Program-made: the position numbers and the translations under genes
Notes under the pieces: model-generated
Databases searched by the model: none
What the model was told of the DNA's origin: nothing
Seen by the model: the letters and a program-made list of their open reading frames with translations, nothing else
In this document: in pieces, positions 35,508 through 43,128 of the stretch
How positions within the stretch are numbered: the stretch's first letter is position 1
How the letters are laid out: every line of letters begins with the position of its first letter
Source of the DNA: a bacterium
GTDB lineage: Bacteria > Zhuqueibacterota > Zhuqueibacteria > Oceanimicrobiales > Oceanimicrobiaceae
Direction: 5' to 3'
Length of the DNA: 64,000 nt
NCBI GenBank assembly: GCA_037446635.1
Contig: JBBIIG010000014.1
Span: 16,294-80,293 of the forward strand

Positions 35508-35638
35508 AGTGAGTTTCTCTCACTTTTGCGTTTCCGTTTATCAGAAATAAGAAAAGTTCTCTCCCCACGGAAATCTCCCAATTCAGCAGAGCTTTATAAA
35601 TCAGTCGGTTAAACTCCTCTAGAATCTCACCCAAAATC

Positions 35639-35654
35639 TGGCATCATTTTCGCT
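35639..35654 (+). promoter_or_regulatory. Candidate sigma-54 promoter for the beta-eliminating lyase gene
   Basis: TGGCAT-CATTT-TCGCT with correct GG/GC spacing, 54 nt upstream of ATG 35708. Confidence 0.45.
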
Positions 35655-35707
35655 TGAGCGACTTAAACCTTTGCAAGGTTTTTTGAAATCAAACCGAGGA
35701 GAACATA

Positions 35708-37084
35708 ATGCAATTCCCTGCTGAGCCGTTCAAAATCAAAGTCGTGGAAAAAGTCAAACGCACTACCCGCGAGGAGCGCGACCGGCTGCTGCGGGAGGGC
35801 GGATTCAATGTTTTCAATTTGCCGGCGGAGAGCATCTACATCGATCTGCTCACCGACAGCGGCACCGCGGCCATGAGCGACTACCAGTGGGCCGGCCTGA
35901 TGATGGGCGATGAGTCCTACGCCGGCAGCCGCAATTTTTACAACTTCCAAAATGTTGCGCGCGAGATTTTCGGGTTCAAACACATCGTGCCCACTCACCA
36001 GGGGCGCGTGGCGGAGAACCTGCTGTTCTCGGTGGTGCTGAAAGAGGGCGACATCGTCCCCAACAATATCCACTTTGACACCACGCGCGCCAACGTGGAG
36101 TATCACAAAGCCCGCGCCGCGGATCTGGTAATCGATGAGGGCTTGGACCCGAGCAGCGAGTTTGCGTTCAAAGGCAACATAGATTTGCGGAAGTTGGAGG
36201 CCGTGATCAAAGAGTACGGACGCGAGCGCATCCCGCTGGTGATGATGACCATCACCAACAACTCCGGCGGCGGCCAGCCGGTATCGATGCAGAATATTCG
36301 CGAGACCAAAGCGCTTTTACAGAAATACAACATCCCGCTCTTTTTCGACGCCTGCCGTTTTGCCGAGAATTGTTATTTCATCAAAGAGCGCGAGCCGGGC
36401 TGCGAAAACAAAACCATCCTCGAAATCGCGCAGGAATTGTTTTCTTACGGCGACGGCTGCACCATGAGCGCCAAAAAAGACGGATTGGTGAACATCGGCG
36501 GGTTCCTCGCCACCAACAATGACGAGTGGGCCGAGCACATCAAGAATCTCGAAATTTTGATAGAGGGCTTTCCCACCTACGGCGGACTCGCCGGCCGCGA
36601 CCTCGAAGCCATGGCGCGCGGCCTGCAGGAAGTGCTGGATGAAGATTACCTGCGCTTCCGCATCAGTCAAGTCCGCAATCTCGGTGAGCAGTTGATCGCC
36701 GCCGGCGTGCCGATTGTCAAGCCCGTGGGTGGCCACGCGGTTTATCTCAATGCCCGCGAGTTTCTGCCGCACATTCCGCAGGAACAATTTCCGGCGCAGG
36801 CGCTGACGGTGGCGCTCTATCGCGAAGCCGGCATCCGCGCGGTGGAAATCGGCAGCTTGATGTTCGGCTCGAAAGACCCGAAGACCGGCAAAGTCACGTA
36901 TCCCAAGTTGGAATTGGTGCGGCTGGCGATTCCGCGGCGAGTTTATACGACGATGCATATCAACTACGTGGCGGAATCGATCATCGAGATTTTCAAGAAT
37001 CGCGAGTCGTTGAAGGGGCTGCGAATCGTGAAAGAAGCGCCGTTTCTGCGTCACTTCACGGCGGTGTTGGAGGAGGTGGGGTGA
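35708..37084 (+). CDS. PLP-dependent beta-eliminating lyase (tryptophanase / tyrosine phenol-lyase family)
   Basis: AEPFKIKVVEKVKRTTREER...YIDLLTDSGTAAMSDYQWAGLMMGDESYAGSRNFY...FGFKHIVPTHQGRVAENLL...MSAKKDGLVNIGG...FPAQAL...LRHFTA. It has features of both TnaA and Tpl, so substrate is not assignable by eye. Confidence 0.9.
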   Translation: MQFPAEPFKIKVVEKVKRTTREERDRLLREGGFNVFNLPAESIYIDLLTDSGTAAMSDYQWAGLMMGDESYAGSRNFYNFQNVAREIFGFKHIVPTHQGRVAENLLFSVVLKEGDIVPNNIHFDTTRANVEYHKARAADLVIDEGLDPSSEFAFKGNIDLRKLEAVIKEYGRERIPLVMMTITNNSGGGQPVSMQNIRETKALLQKYNIPLFFDACRFAENCYFIKEREPGCENKTILEIAQELFSYGDGCTMSAKKDGLVNIGGFLATNNDEWAEHIKNLEILIEGFPTYGGLAGRDLEAMARGLQEVLDEDYLRFRISQVRNLGEQLIAAGVPIVKPVGGHAVYLNAREFLPHIPQEQFPAQALTVALYREAGIRAVEIGSLMFGSKDPKTGKVTYPKLELVRLAIPRRVYTTMHINYVAESIIEIFKNRESLKGLRIVKEAPFLRHFTAVLEEVG

Positions 37085-37087
37085 TCT

Positions 37088-37119
37088 AAACTCCGGGGTC
37101 TGGAAGAACCCGGAGATTT
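37088..37119. repeat. Family-D hairpin, third copy
   Basis: AAACTCCGGGGTCTGGAAGAACCCGGAGATTT, immediately after the lyase stop codon. Confidence 0.8.
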
Positions 37120-37130
37120 ATAAGCAATTT

Positions 37131-37177
37131 TCGAAAATCGGATAACGTTATTCGGTTTTCGATTTCCGATTTCCGAA
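37131..37177. repeat. Family-F element (CGAAAATCGGATAACGTTATTCGGTTTTCG plus TTTCCGA repeats)
   Basis: Imperfect 16-bp-arm palindrome centred on AACGTT, followed by gatttccgatttccgaa. Related to 41827-41930. Confidence 0.75.
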
Positions 37178-37248
37178 TCCCAAAAATAAGCCTTGAAAAT
37201 CCACCTTTATTATCCTATATTGTGGCGTTTTATTCTTGAAAATAAACC

Positions 37249-37281
37249 GAACCCTGTCAGGGTTTCAAACCCTGACAGGTT
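37249..37281. repeat. Family-E double palindrome (AACCCTGTCAGGGTT / AACCCTGACAGG)
   Basis: GAACCCTGTCAGGGTTTCAAACCCTGACAGGTT. Other copies at 1997-2029 and 56364-56379. Confidence 0.85.
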
Positions 37282-37298
37282 ATGACAGCGGAGGTTAA

Positions 37299-37973
37299 TT
37301 GCTCAAAGCCGTGCTCTTTGATTACGATGGCGTATTAGTTGACAGCATGAATTATCATGTGCAGGCCTGGCAGATCGTGTTCAAAGAATTCAACATCGAG
37401 ATTCGCCCCGAAGAGGTGTTGCTTGCCGAAGGCGCCCGTTCCATTGAGTTGGCGCGTCAAATTTTGTCCCAAAATAACATTCTCATTGCGGAAGATAAAT
37501 TAGTGGAGTTTGTAGAAAAGAAGCAGCGGACTTATCATGAAATCACCGGCGCCAAATTTTTGGAGGATGCGCGAAAGTTGATTCTGAAAGTAAAGAAGCG
37601 TGAGATGCGCGTGGGAGTGGTGAGCGGCGGCGCGCGCTTCGATATTGAAAATTCGCTGCCGCCGGACGTGCGCGGGCAAATCGATGTGATTATTTCCGGC
37701 GAAGACGTTCGCCGCGGCAAACCCGACCCCGAAGGATACCTGAACGCCGCGCAGAAGTTAGGGGTATTGCCAGCCGAGTGTTTGGTGATCGAGAACGCGC
37801 CGTTTGGCATTGAGGCCGCGAAACGCGCCGGGATGAAAGTGGCCGCGGTGGCGACGACCTTGCCGCGGCATCTGTTAAATGGCGCCGATTTTCACGCCGA
37901 TGATCTCGCGCACTTGAATAAACAATGGCCATTAATTTTTAAGCCGCAAGTCCAAACCCAGAAAGTCGATTGA
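37299..37973 (+). CDS. HAD-superfamily hydrolase (beta-phosphoglucomutase-like subfamily IA)
   Basis: Motif I LFDYDGVLVDS, motif II VVSGG, motif III/IV KPDPEGY...IENAPFGIEAAKRAGM. TTG start with a GGAGG RBS. Confidence 0.85.
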   Translation: MLKAVLFDYDGVLVDSMNYHVQAWQIVFKEFNIEIRPEEVLLAEGARSIELARQILSQNNILIAEDKLVEFVEKKQRTYHEITGAKFLEDARKLILKVKKREMRVGVVSGGARFDIENSLPPDVRGQIDVIISGEDVRRGKPDPEGYLNAAQKLGVLPAECLVIENAPFGIEAAKRAGMKVAAVATTLPRHLLNGADFHADDLAHLNKQWPLIFKPQVQTQKVD

Positions 37974-37996
37974 TCTTTTTACCCAAGGAATGGTTC

Positions 37997-39166
37997 GTGC
38001 CAGTTAATCGTACTATTCGAAGTTTTGTTATTCATCTCTTCCTTCTCGTTTTATTTTTTTCTTGCACACAGAATCCCATCCAGGTTGATGTCCGCGTCTC
38101 GCCGGAGCTATCCGAGCTTATTGTGCCGGCGCTGGTGTACAATCAATCTGCCCGCAAACACGTGATCTCGGTTAAAGTGGTAGATCCCCAGGGCGTAGCG
38201 GACATTTCGCAAGTATCGCTCACGATTACCAAAGCCGGCGAGTCCGTTCCGGCGCTGCAAAAAAATCTGGTGGATGACGGAACTCAGGGGGACATCATTC
38301 CCAAGGATGGCGTGTTCGCGGCGCAAATTGATGGCAACTTCGCTGGGGGCGAGGTCGGCGAGTTTCGCGCAGCGGCATCGGCCACCGACTTAAGCGGTAA
38401 CCAGAGTAACACGCTGGAGGCGACCATCACCGTCGCGGCGGGCGCCGAGAATCTGCCGCCGGAAATTAAAAATGTTTCGGCGCCGAGTTCGGTGGCAGTG
38501 GATGTGCCGTCGGATTTTATTGTGCAAGTGGAGATCACCGATCCCAATGGTCTGGAAGACGTGCTTCTCGTGCGCTCGGAATTTTTTCCGCCAGCTCACC
38601 CAACTCCAACAAAAGTTGACACTCTCAACGATGATGGCCTGAATGGCGATATCGAAGCCGGCGACGGGGTTTACACCGCCACGTTTAGCTCAAGCCAATT
38701 TCGGGAAGCAGCGGATTATTTTCTGCGCATTGTGGCGGAAGACCGCGCGGGCGATTTCAGCGCGGCGGCGGTGGCCGGAATCCGCGGCGTATTTTTGAAT
38801 CCACGCGCGCCAGTGATCTCCAATTTAGTGGCGCCCGACACCGTTCGGGTGGACCCCAATCAGGTGGTGCAGATTTTAATGACCATCGACGCCTCCGACC
38901 CGCAGGGTTTGTCGGACATCGATTTCGTGCGCTTCCGCAGCTTCCTGCCCGATGGCCGGGAAGCCACCGACAGCCCGTTTGAAATGGCCGACGACGGCAA
39001 CCGCGCCCGCAGCGGCGATCTGATTGCCGGCGACGGCACCTACAGCATCATCATCAATCTGCCGCCAGGGACCACGCCCGGAAATTTTCGTTTCGTGTTT
39101 GAAGCCAAAGATAAATCGAATTTGTTCAGCAACCAAATCGAACATATTATCACGGTGATTCAGTGA
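37997..39166 (+). CDS. Lipoprotein built from three ~110 aa modules, each ending in a DDGxxGDxxAGDGxY motif
   Basis: Lipobox FFSC. Module motifs: VVDPQGVADISQVSL...VDDGTQGDIIPKDGVFAAQI; ITDPNGLEDVLLV...NDDGLNGDIEAGDGVYTATF; SDPQGLSDIDFV...ADDGNRARSGDLIAGDGTYSIII. The start could be 37970 or 37997. Confidence 0.65.
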   Translation: MPVNRTIRSFVIHLFLLVLFFSCTQNPIQVDVRVSPELSELIVPALVYNQSARKHVISVKVVDPQGVADISQVSLTITKAGESVPALQKNLVDDGTQGDIIPKDGVFAAQIDGNFAGGEVGEFRAAASATDLSGNQSNTLEATITVAAGAENLPPEIKNVSAPSSVAVDVPSDFIVQVEITDPNGLEDVLLVRSEFFPPAHPTPTKVDTLNDDGLNGDIEAGDGVYTATFSSSQFREAADYFLRIVAEDRAGDFSAAAVAGIRGVFLNPRAPVISNLVAPDTVRVDPNQVVQILMTIDASDPQGLSDIDFVRFRSFLPDGREATDSPFEMADDGNRARSGDLIAGDGTYSIIINLPPGTTPGNFRFVFEAKDKSNLFSNQIEHIITVIQ

Positions 39167-40776
39167 AAAATTTATCCGCTCGACAAGGATTTGTTATCCT
39201 CGTCGAACAATTATTTGGGGGATTTAATCCCTTTTCAATGATTCGCGGGAATTGGGACTGCATTGACTGTGTCAATGCTGCTGCAGCGACACAGTCGCCG
39301 CACTCCAAGAGGTTATTTTTTCCGAGACGATTGGTTTTAATAGCTGTTCTTTTGTTAGCGCCCTTTTTTAGCTTCTCCAACTCCTTCTCCCAAATTCTTC
39401 ACAAATACGCTTTCCGTCTCGATGCCCAGCCCAAACCCGGATTGGCCAGCAACACCATCACCGACATTAAAGTTTTCGGCAGCGCAATCTGGTTTGGCAC
39501 CGGCGACGGCCTGAGTCGCACCAAAGATGACGGCCTGTCATTCGAATCCTTTCGGCACGAGCAGGAGATTGGCCGCGGCGGCGTTTCAGGGTTGGCAATT
39601 GGCGACGGCATTATCTGGGTGGCCACGGGGTTTGATTCCACCACTCCGTTGGGCCGTTTTCAAACCGGCGGCGGCCTGGCCTATTCGAAGGATGACGGCC
39701 AGACCTGGGTGTTCGTTCCGCAGCCCGGCCCGACTCCCATCAACAACATTACATTTGATATTGCGCTGCGCGGCGACGAAGTGTGGATCACCAGCTTTGC
39801 CGGCGGCCTGCGCAAATCGGTGGATCTCGGACAGTCGTGGGAGATCGTTTCGCCGGATTCGTTCATTTTCGATCCGGTGGCGCACCTCAACCACCGCGTG
39901 TTTTCGGTGACCGTGGTGGACAGCATTCTTTGGGTGGGCAGCGCCGGCGGCATCAATCGCTCCAACGATGGCGGCATCACCTGGACTAAATTCAGCCATC
40001 AAAATCAAGCGCGTCCCATTTCCGGAAATTTTGTGGTGGCAATTGGGCGGCAGCGTTATGCCAACAAAGACATCATTTGGGCTGCCACGCGCGAGACCAC
40101 CATCGAGTCCGGCGACGAAACCGAATTTCGCGGCGTGTCGTGGAGCGAGGACCAGGGCTTCACCTGGCGCACGGCCTTGGAGGGCGAAACCGTTCACAAT
40201 TTTGCTTTCGATGATTCGGTGGTGTACGCAGCTTCGGATAACGGCCTGTGGAAATCCATTGACGGCGGCGAAACCTGGGCGCTGTTTCCCAACATTGTAG
40301 ATGTCTCGAATGGCCGGCAGATTCTTGCTAATGAAGTTTTTTCGGCCGGCGTCAGCGCGGGGCACACGCTGTGGGTTGGCACACGCAATGGTTTAGCCAA
40401 AACTTCCGATAACGCGCTCACCTGGGAAGTCTTTCAAGTATTTGAACCCACCGGCCGCGACGGCGCGCCGCGCACCTATGCGTATCCCAATCCTTTTTCG
40501 CCCAGCGTTCACAACAATTTGGGCGGAAGAGGACACGTACGCTTTCAGTACAACACCATCAACCCCACGCAGGTTACATTAAAAGTCTATGATTTTGCGA
40601 TGAAGCTGGTGCGAACCGTGGTGGCGGATGCGCCGCGCCCCGGCAGCAGCGACATTTATGAAACCTGGGATGGCACCGATGAAGGCGGCCGGCAGGTGGA
40701 CAACGGCGTCTATTTTTATCGGCTGGAGTTGTCCGGCGACGGCACGTATTGGGGAAAATTGGTTGTTCTGAATTAA
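39163..40776 (+). CDS. BNR/Asp-box beta-propeller protein with a C-terminal T9SS/FlgD-Ig-like sorting domain
   Basis: Six SxDxGxTW boxes (SKDDGQTW, SVDLGQSW, SNDGGITW, SEDQGFTW, SIDGGETW, TSDNALTW). C-terminal YAYPNPFSP...GVYFYRLELSGDGTYWGKLVVLN. The start is uncertain because a hairpin at 39265-39296 lies in the annotated N-terminus, ahead of the signal peptide. Confidence 0.8.
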   Translation: MKNLSARQGFVILVEQLFGGFNPFSMIRGNWDCIDCVNAAAATQSPHSKRLFFPRRLVLIAVLLLAPFFSFSNSFSQILHKYAFRLDAQPKPGLASNTITDIKVFGSAIWFGTGDGLSRTKDDGLSFESFRHEQEIGRGGVSGLAIGDGIIWVATGFDSTTPLGRFQTGGGLAYSKDDGQTWVFVPQPGPTPINNITFDIALRGDEVWITSFAGGLRKSVDLGQSWEIVSPDSFIFDPVAHLNHRVFSVTVVDSILWVGSAGGINRSNDGGITWTKFSHQNQARPISGNFVVAIGRQRYANKDIIWAATRETTIESGDETEFRGVSWSEDQGFTWRTALEGETVHNFAFDDSVVYAASDNGLWKSIDGGETWALFPNIVDVSNGRQILANEVFSAGVSAGHTLWVGTRNGLAKTSDNALTWEVFQVFEPTGRDGAPRTYAYPNPFSPSVHNNLGGRGHVRFQYNTINPTQVTLKVYDFAMKLVRTVVADAPRPGSSDIYETWDGTDEGGRQVDNGVYFYRLELSGDGTYWGKLVVLN

Positions 40777-40787
40777 TTTCTCACAAA

Positions 40788-40815
40788 TGCCAGGCACTTA
40801 GAAAGTGCTTGGCAT
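40788..40815. repeat. Family-A palindrome (ATGCCAGGCACTT-AG-AAAGTGCTTGGCAT)
   Basis: Lies 12 nt after the stop of the third T9SS cargo gene. One mismatch in the arms. Confidence 0.8.
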
Positions 40816-40842
40816 TTTCTTGTAAATGAAGGAGCTGATTTT

Positions 40843-41823
40843 TTGACCCATTTTTTTAAGACGATTTTTTTGGTCTTTTGCCTGCTGGTCTCCGCCACCA
40901 CGGCGCTGGCGCAGGCCGGTAAGGCCGGCGCCTTTTTACGGCTGGGCGTCAGCGCCCGCGCCAAAGCCATGGGCGACGCCTACACCGCGATGGCGCGTGG
41001 CGCCGAAGCCAGTTATTACAATCCGGCGGGATTGCCTTTTCTCGAGCACAAGGAAGTTGCGGCGTCGTACTGGCTGCTTTCCCTCGATCGCCAATTCACT
41101 TACATCGGTTTTGGATTGCCCATTCACCCAAAGGAAGATAGCACTGGCCGCGGCGCCTTCGACGGCGGCTTCGCGCTTTCGTGGATTCACGCCGGCGTGG
41201 ACAATATCGATGGCCGCGACACCGACGGCCAGTCCTTTGGCGACATCTCCAACTCGGAAGACGCGTTCGTGTTTTCGTTTGCGCTGAATCCGGTGCAGAA
41301 ATTATCGCTGGGACTTTCGGTGAAGATTTTGTGGAACCGCTTTCCCGATCTCGGAATTGATGGGCAAACCATCTCCGCCACCGGCGTGGGCTTCGATTTT
41401 GGCGCCCTGCTGACGCCGGCGCCGTGGCTCACGTTGGGCGTTTCGGTGCGCGACATCAATTCCAAATATACCTGGAACACGCAGGATTTGTACGGCGAAG
41501 ATGACGGCTCCGAAACCACTAACAAGTTTCCAAAAATTTTGCGGGTGGGCGCCGCCTTTCAGCCGCCGCAAATTCCGAACGTGACCTTGGCATTTGATTT
41601 TGAGGACAGCAAAGAGCTGGACAACCGGGTTCACTTCGGCGCAGAGGCGGTACTGGGAAACCATCTGTTTCTCCGCAGCGGCTTTGATGACGGTTCGCTC
41701 GCTGCCGGCGCCGGCTACGGTTTCGGCGTGTTCGGCAGGATGTCGCAGATCAATTATGGCTTTGCCTCCGCTGGTGACCGTCCGGAGGCCGAGCATGTTT
41801 TCAGTTGGGTGTTTCAGTTTTAG
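40843..41823 (+). CDS. PorV/PorQ-family outer-membrane beta-barrel protein
   Basis: AAGGAG RBS with a TTG start, then a signal peptide. AGAFLRLGVSARAKAMGDAYTAMARGAEASYYNPAGL is the family N-terminal signature as I recall it. Alternating beta pattern, C-terminal F. Confidence 0.75.
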   Translation: MTHFFKTIFLVFCLLVSATTALAQAGKAGAFLRLGVSARAKAMGDAYTAMARGAEASYYNPAGLPFLEHKEVAASYWLLSLDRQFTYIGFGLPIHPKEDSTGRGAFDGGFALSWIHAGVDNIDGRDTDGQSFGDISNSEDAFVFSFALNPVQKLSLGLSVKILWNRFPDLGIDGQTISATGVGFDFGALLTPAPWLTLGVSVRDINSKYTWNTQDLYGEDDGSETTNKFPKILRVGAAFQPPQIPNVTLAFDFEDSKELDNRVHFGAEAVLGNHLFLRSGFDDGSLAAGAGYGFGVFGRMSQINYGFASAGDRPEAEHVFSWVFQF

Positions 41824-41826
41824 GTG

Positions 41827-41930
41827 TCGCAAATCGGAAATCGGAAAACGGAAATCGCAAACCGGAAAACGTAAACCGTAAATCGGAAATCGAAAAACGT
41901 TATTCGATTTCCGTTATTCGATATGCGGAA
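41827..41930. repeat. Family-F degenerate CGGAAA/TCG tandem tract ending in the palindrome CGGAAATCGAAAAACGTTATTCGATTTCCG
   Basis: cgcaaatcggaaatcggaaaacggaaatcgcaaaccggaaaacgtaaaccgtaaatcggaaatcgaaaaacgttattcgatttccgttattcga, between the two PorV-like genes. Confidence 0.8.
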
Positions 41931-41947
41931 TTGCATAGGAGTACAGC

Positions 41948-42868
41948 GTGAGAAATATTCAAATTACAACCGTATTGATTTGCTCGCTCGGCGTTTTTTT
42001 GAACTCAGCCTTTGCCCAAACCGGCAGCGCCGGCGCCACCGGGCTGGCGTTTCTGAAATTGGGCGTTGGCGCGCGCGCTAACGGCATGGGGGAGGCCTTT
42101 GTCGCGGTTGCCAATGACGCCGCCGCCACGTTCTGGAATCCGGCCGGTCTTTCCCAACTCGAACGTTCGCATTTCACCTTCACGCACAGCGAATGGATTC
42201 AGGATATTTCCAGCGAGTTTCTGGCGTTGGCGTTTCCGGCTTTTGGCGGCGTGACCGGCTTCAGCGTTTACGTCAACAATGTGGGCGGCATTGAACGCCG
42301 CGTCAACCCTTCTGAAGAACCGCTTGGAACCATTGACGCCAACGATGTTGCTCTGGGCGTCTCGTATGGCCGCTCGTTGGGTTCATCCATGCAGGCCGGC
42401 ATCACGGTAAAATATCTTTACGAGAAAATTTACCTGGAAAGCGCTTCGGGGTATGCTTTTGATTTCGGCCTGAATGTTCAACCTTTTGGCAGCGCGTTAA
42501 ATTTGGCGGTCGCGGCGCAGAATTTAGGCTCAATGAATGAGCTGCTGGCCGAGTCCATCGATTTGCCGAAAACCCTGCGCTTCGGCGCCGCTTATTCGTT
42601 TCCGCTGGCCGCGCTCGATGGCGCGGTGGTGCTGGCTGCAGAGGGCGTCAAAGTTGTGGAGAACGATCTGCGCGGCAGCTTCGGCGCCGAAGTGCAATTG
42701 AAAAAAATGCTGGCTTTACGCTTGGGATACCAGAGTGGCTACGAGGATAGAAGCTTGGCCGGCGGGTTTGGTTTGTCCTTCCAGCGCTACCACCTCGATT
42801 ATGGCTACACCCCGGTTGGTTCGAATTTAGGCGATACCCATCGTTTTTCCTTCGGCCTGGATTGGTAA
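41948..42868 (+). CDS. PorV/PorQ-family outer-membrane beta-barrel protein (second paralogue)
   Basis: Signal peptide. GSAGATGLAFLKLGVGARANGMGEAFVAVANDAAATFWNPAGLSQL. C-terminal ...HRFSFGLDW. Confidence 0.8.
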   Translation: MRNIQITTVLICSLGVFLNSAFAQTGSAGATGLAFLKLGVGARANGMGEAFVAVANDAAATFWNPAGLSQLERSHFTFTHSEWIQDISSEFLALAFPAFGGVTGFSVYVNNVGGIERRVNPSEEPLGTIDANDVALGVSYGRSLGSSMQAGITVKYLYEKIYLESASGYAFDFGLNVQPFGSALNLAVAAQNLGSMNELLAESIDLPKTLRFGAAYSFPLAALDGAVVLAAEGVKVVENDLRGSFGAEVQLKKMLALRLGYQSGYEDRSLAGGFGLSFQRYHLDYGYTPVGSNLGDTHRFSFGLDW

Positions 42869-43128
42869 AACTCGGAATTCGAAGCTATACGCCAGAACTG
42901 ATCCCGCCTTCGGCGGAAATCGGCCCGCAAAAATTAGGGGTGAAGAGGCGGATCTGCTGCTAAGAAGGCTTATTGGATTTGCTTGTATTTCGAGTTTCGA
43001 TATTCGGAATTTGTAAGTTGCTCTAAAAAAATAACTATCAAGATTGCCATTGACTGCAGCTAAAAATTATCGTATTATTTGCCGTATTTTTTGTGTTGTT
43101 TCCCAAGTCTTTATGAGGAGGAATCAGT

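Noticed and set aside
36317-37054. 245-aa minus-strand ORF (also 39586-40365, 43945-44601, 44749-45405, 19518-20171, 11348-12016, 3368-3925)
   Set aside because: All lie antisense to strongly supported + strand genes (lyase, BNR propeller, GH57, TonB-dependent receptor, YyaL, cupredoxin) and show no motifs of their own.
42905-42918. CCGCC-TTCG-GCGG tetraloop hairpin as a terminator of the second PorV-like gene
   Set aside because: The stem is very short and no U-tract follows. I noted it but did not call it.
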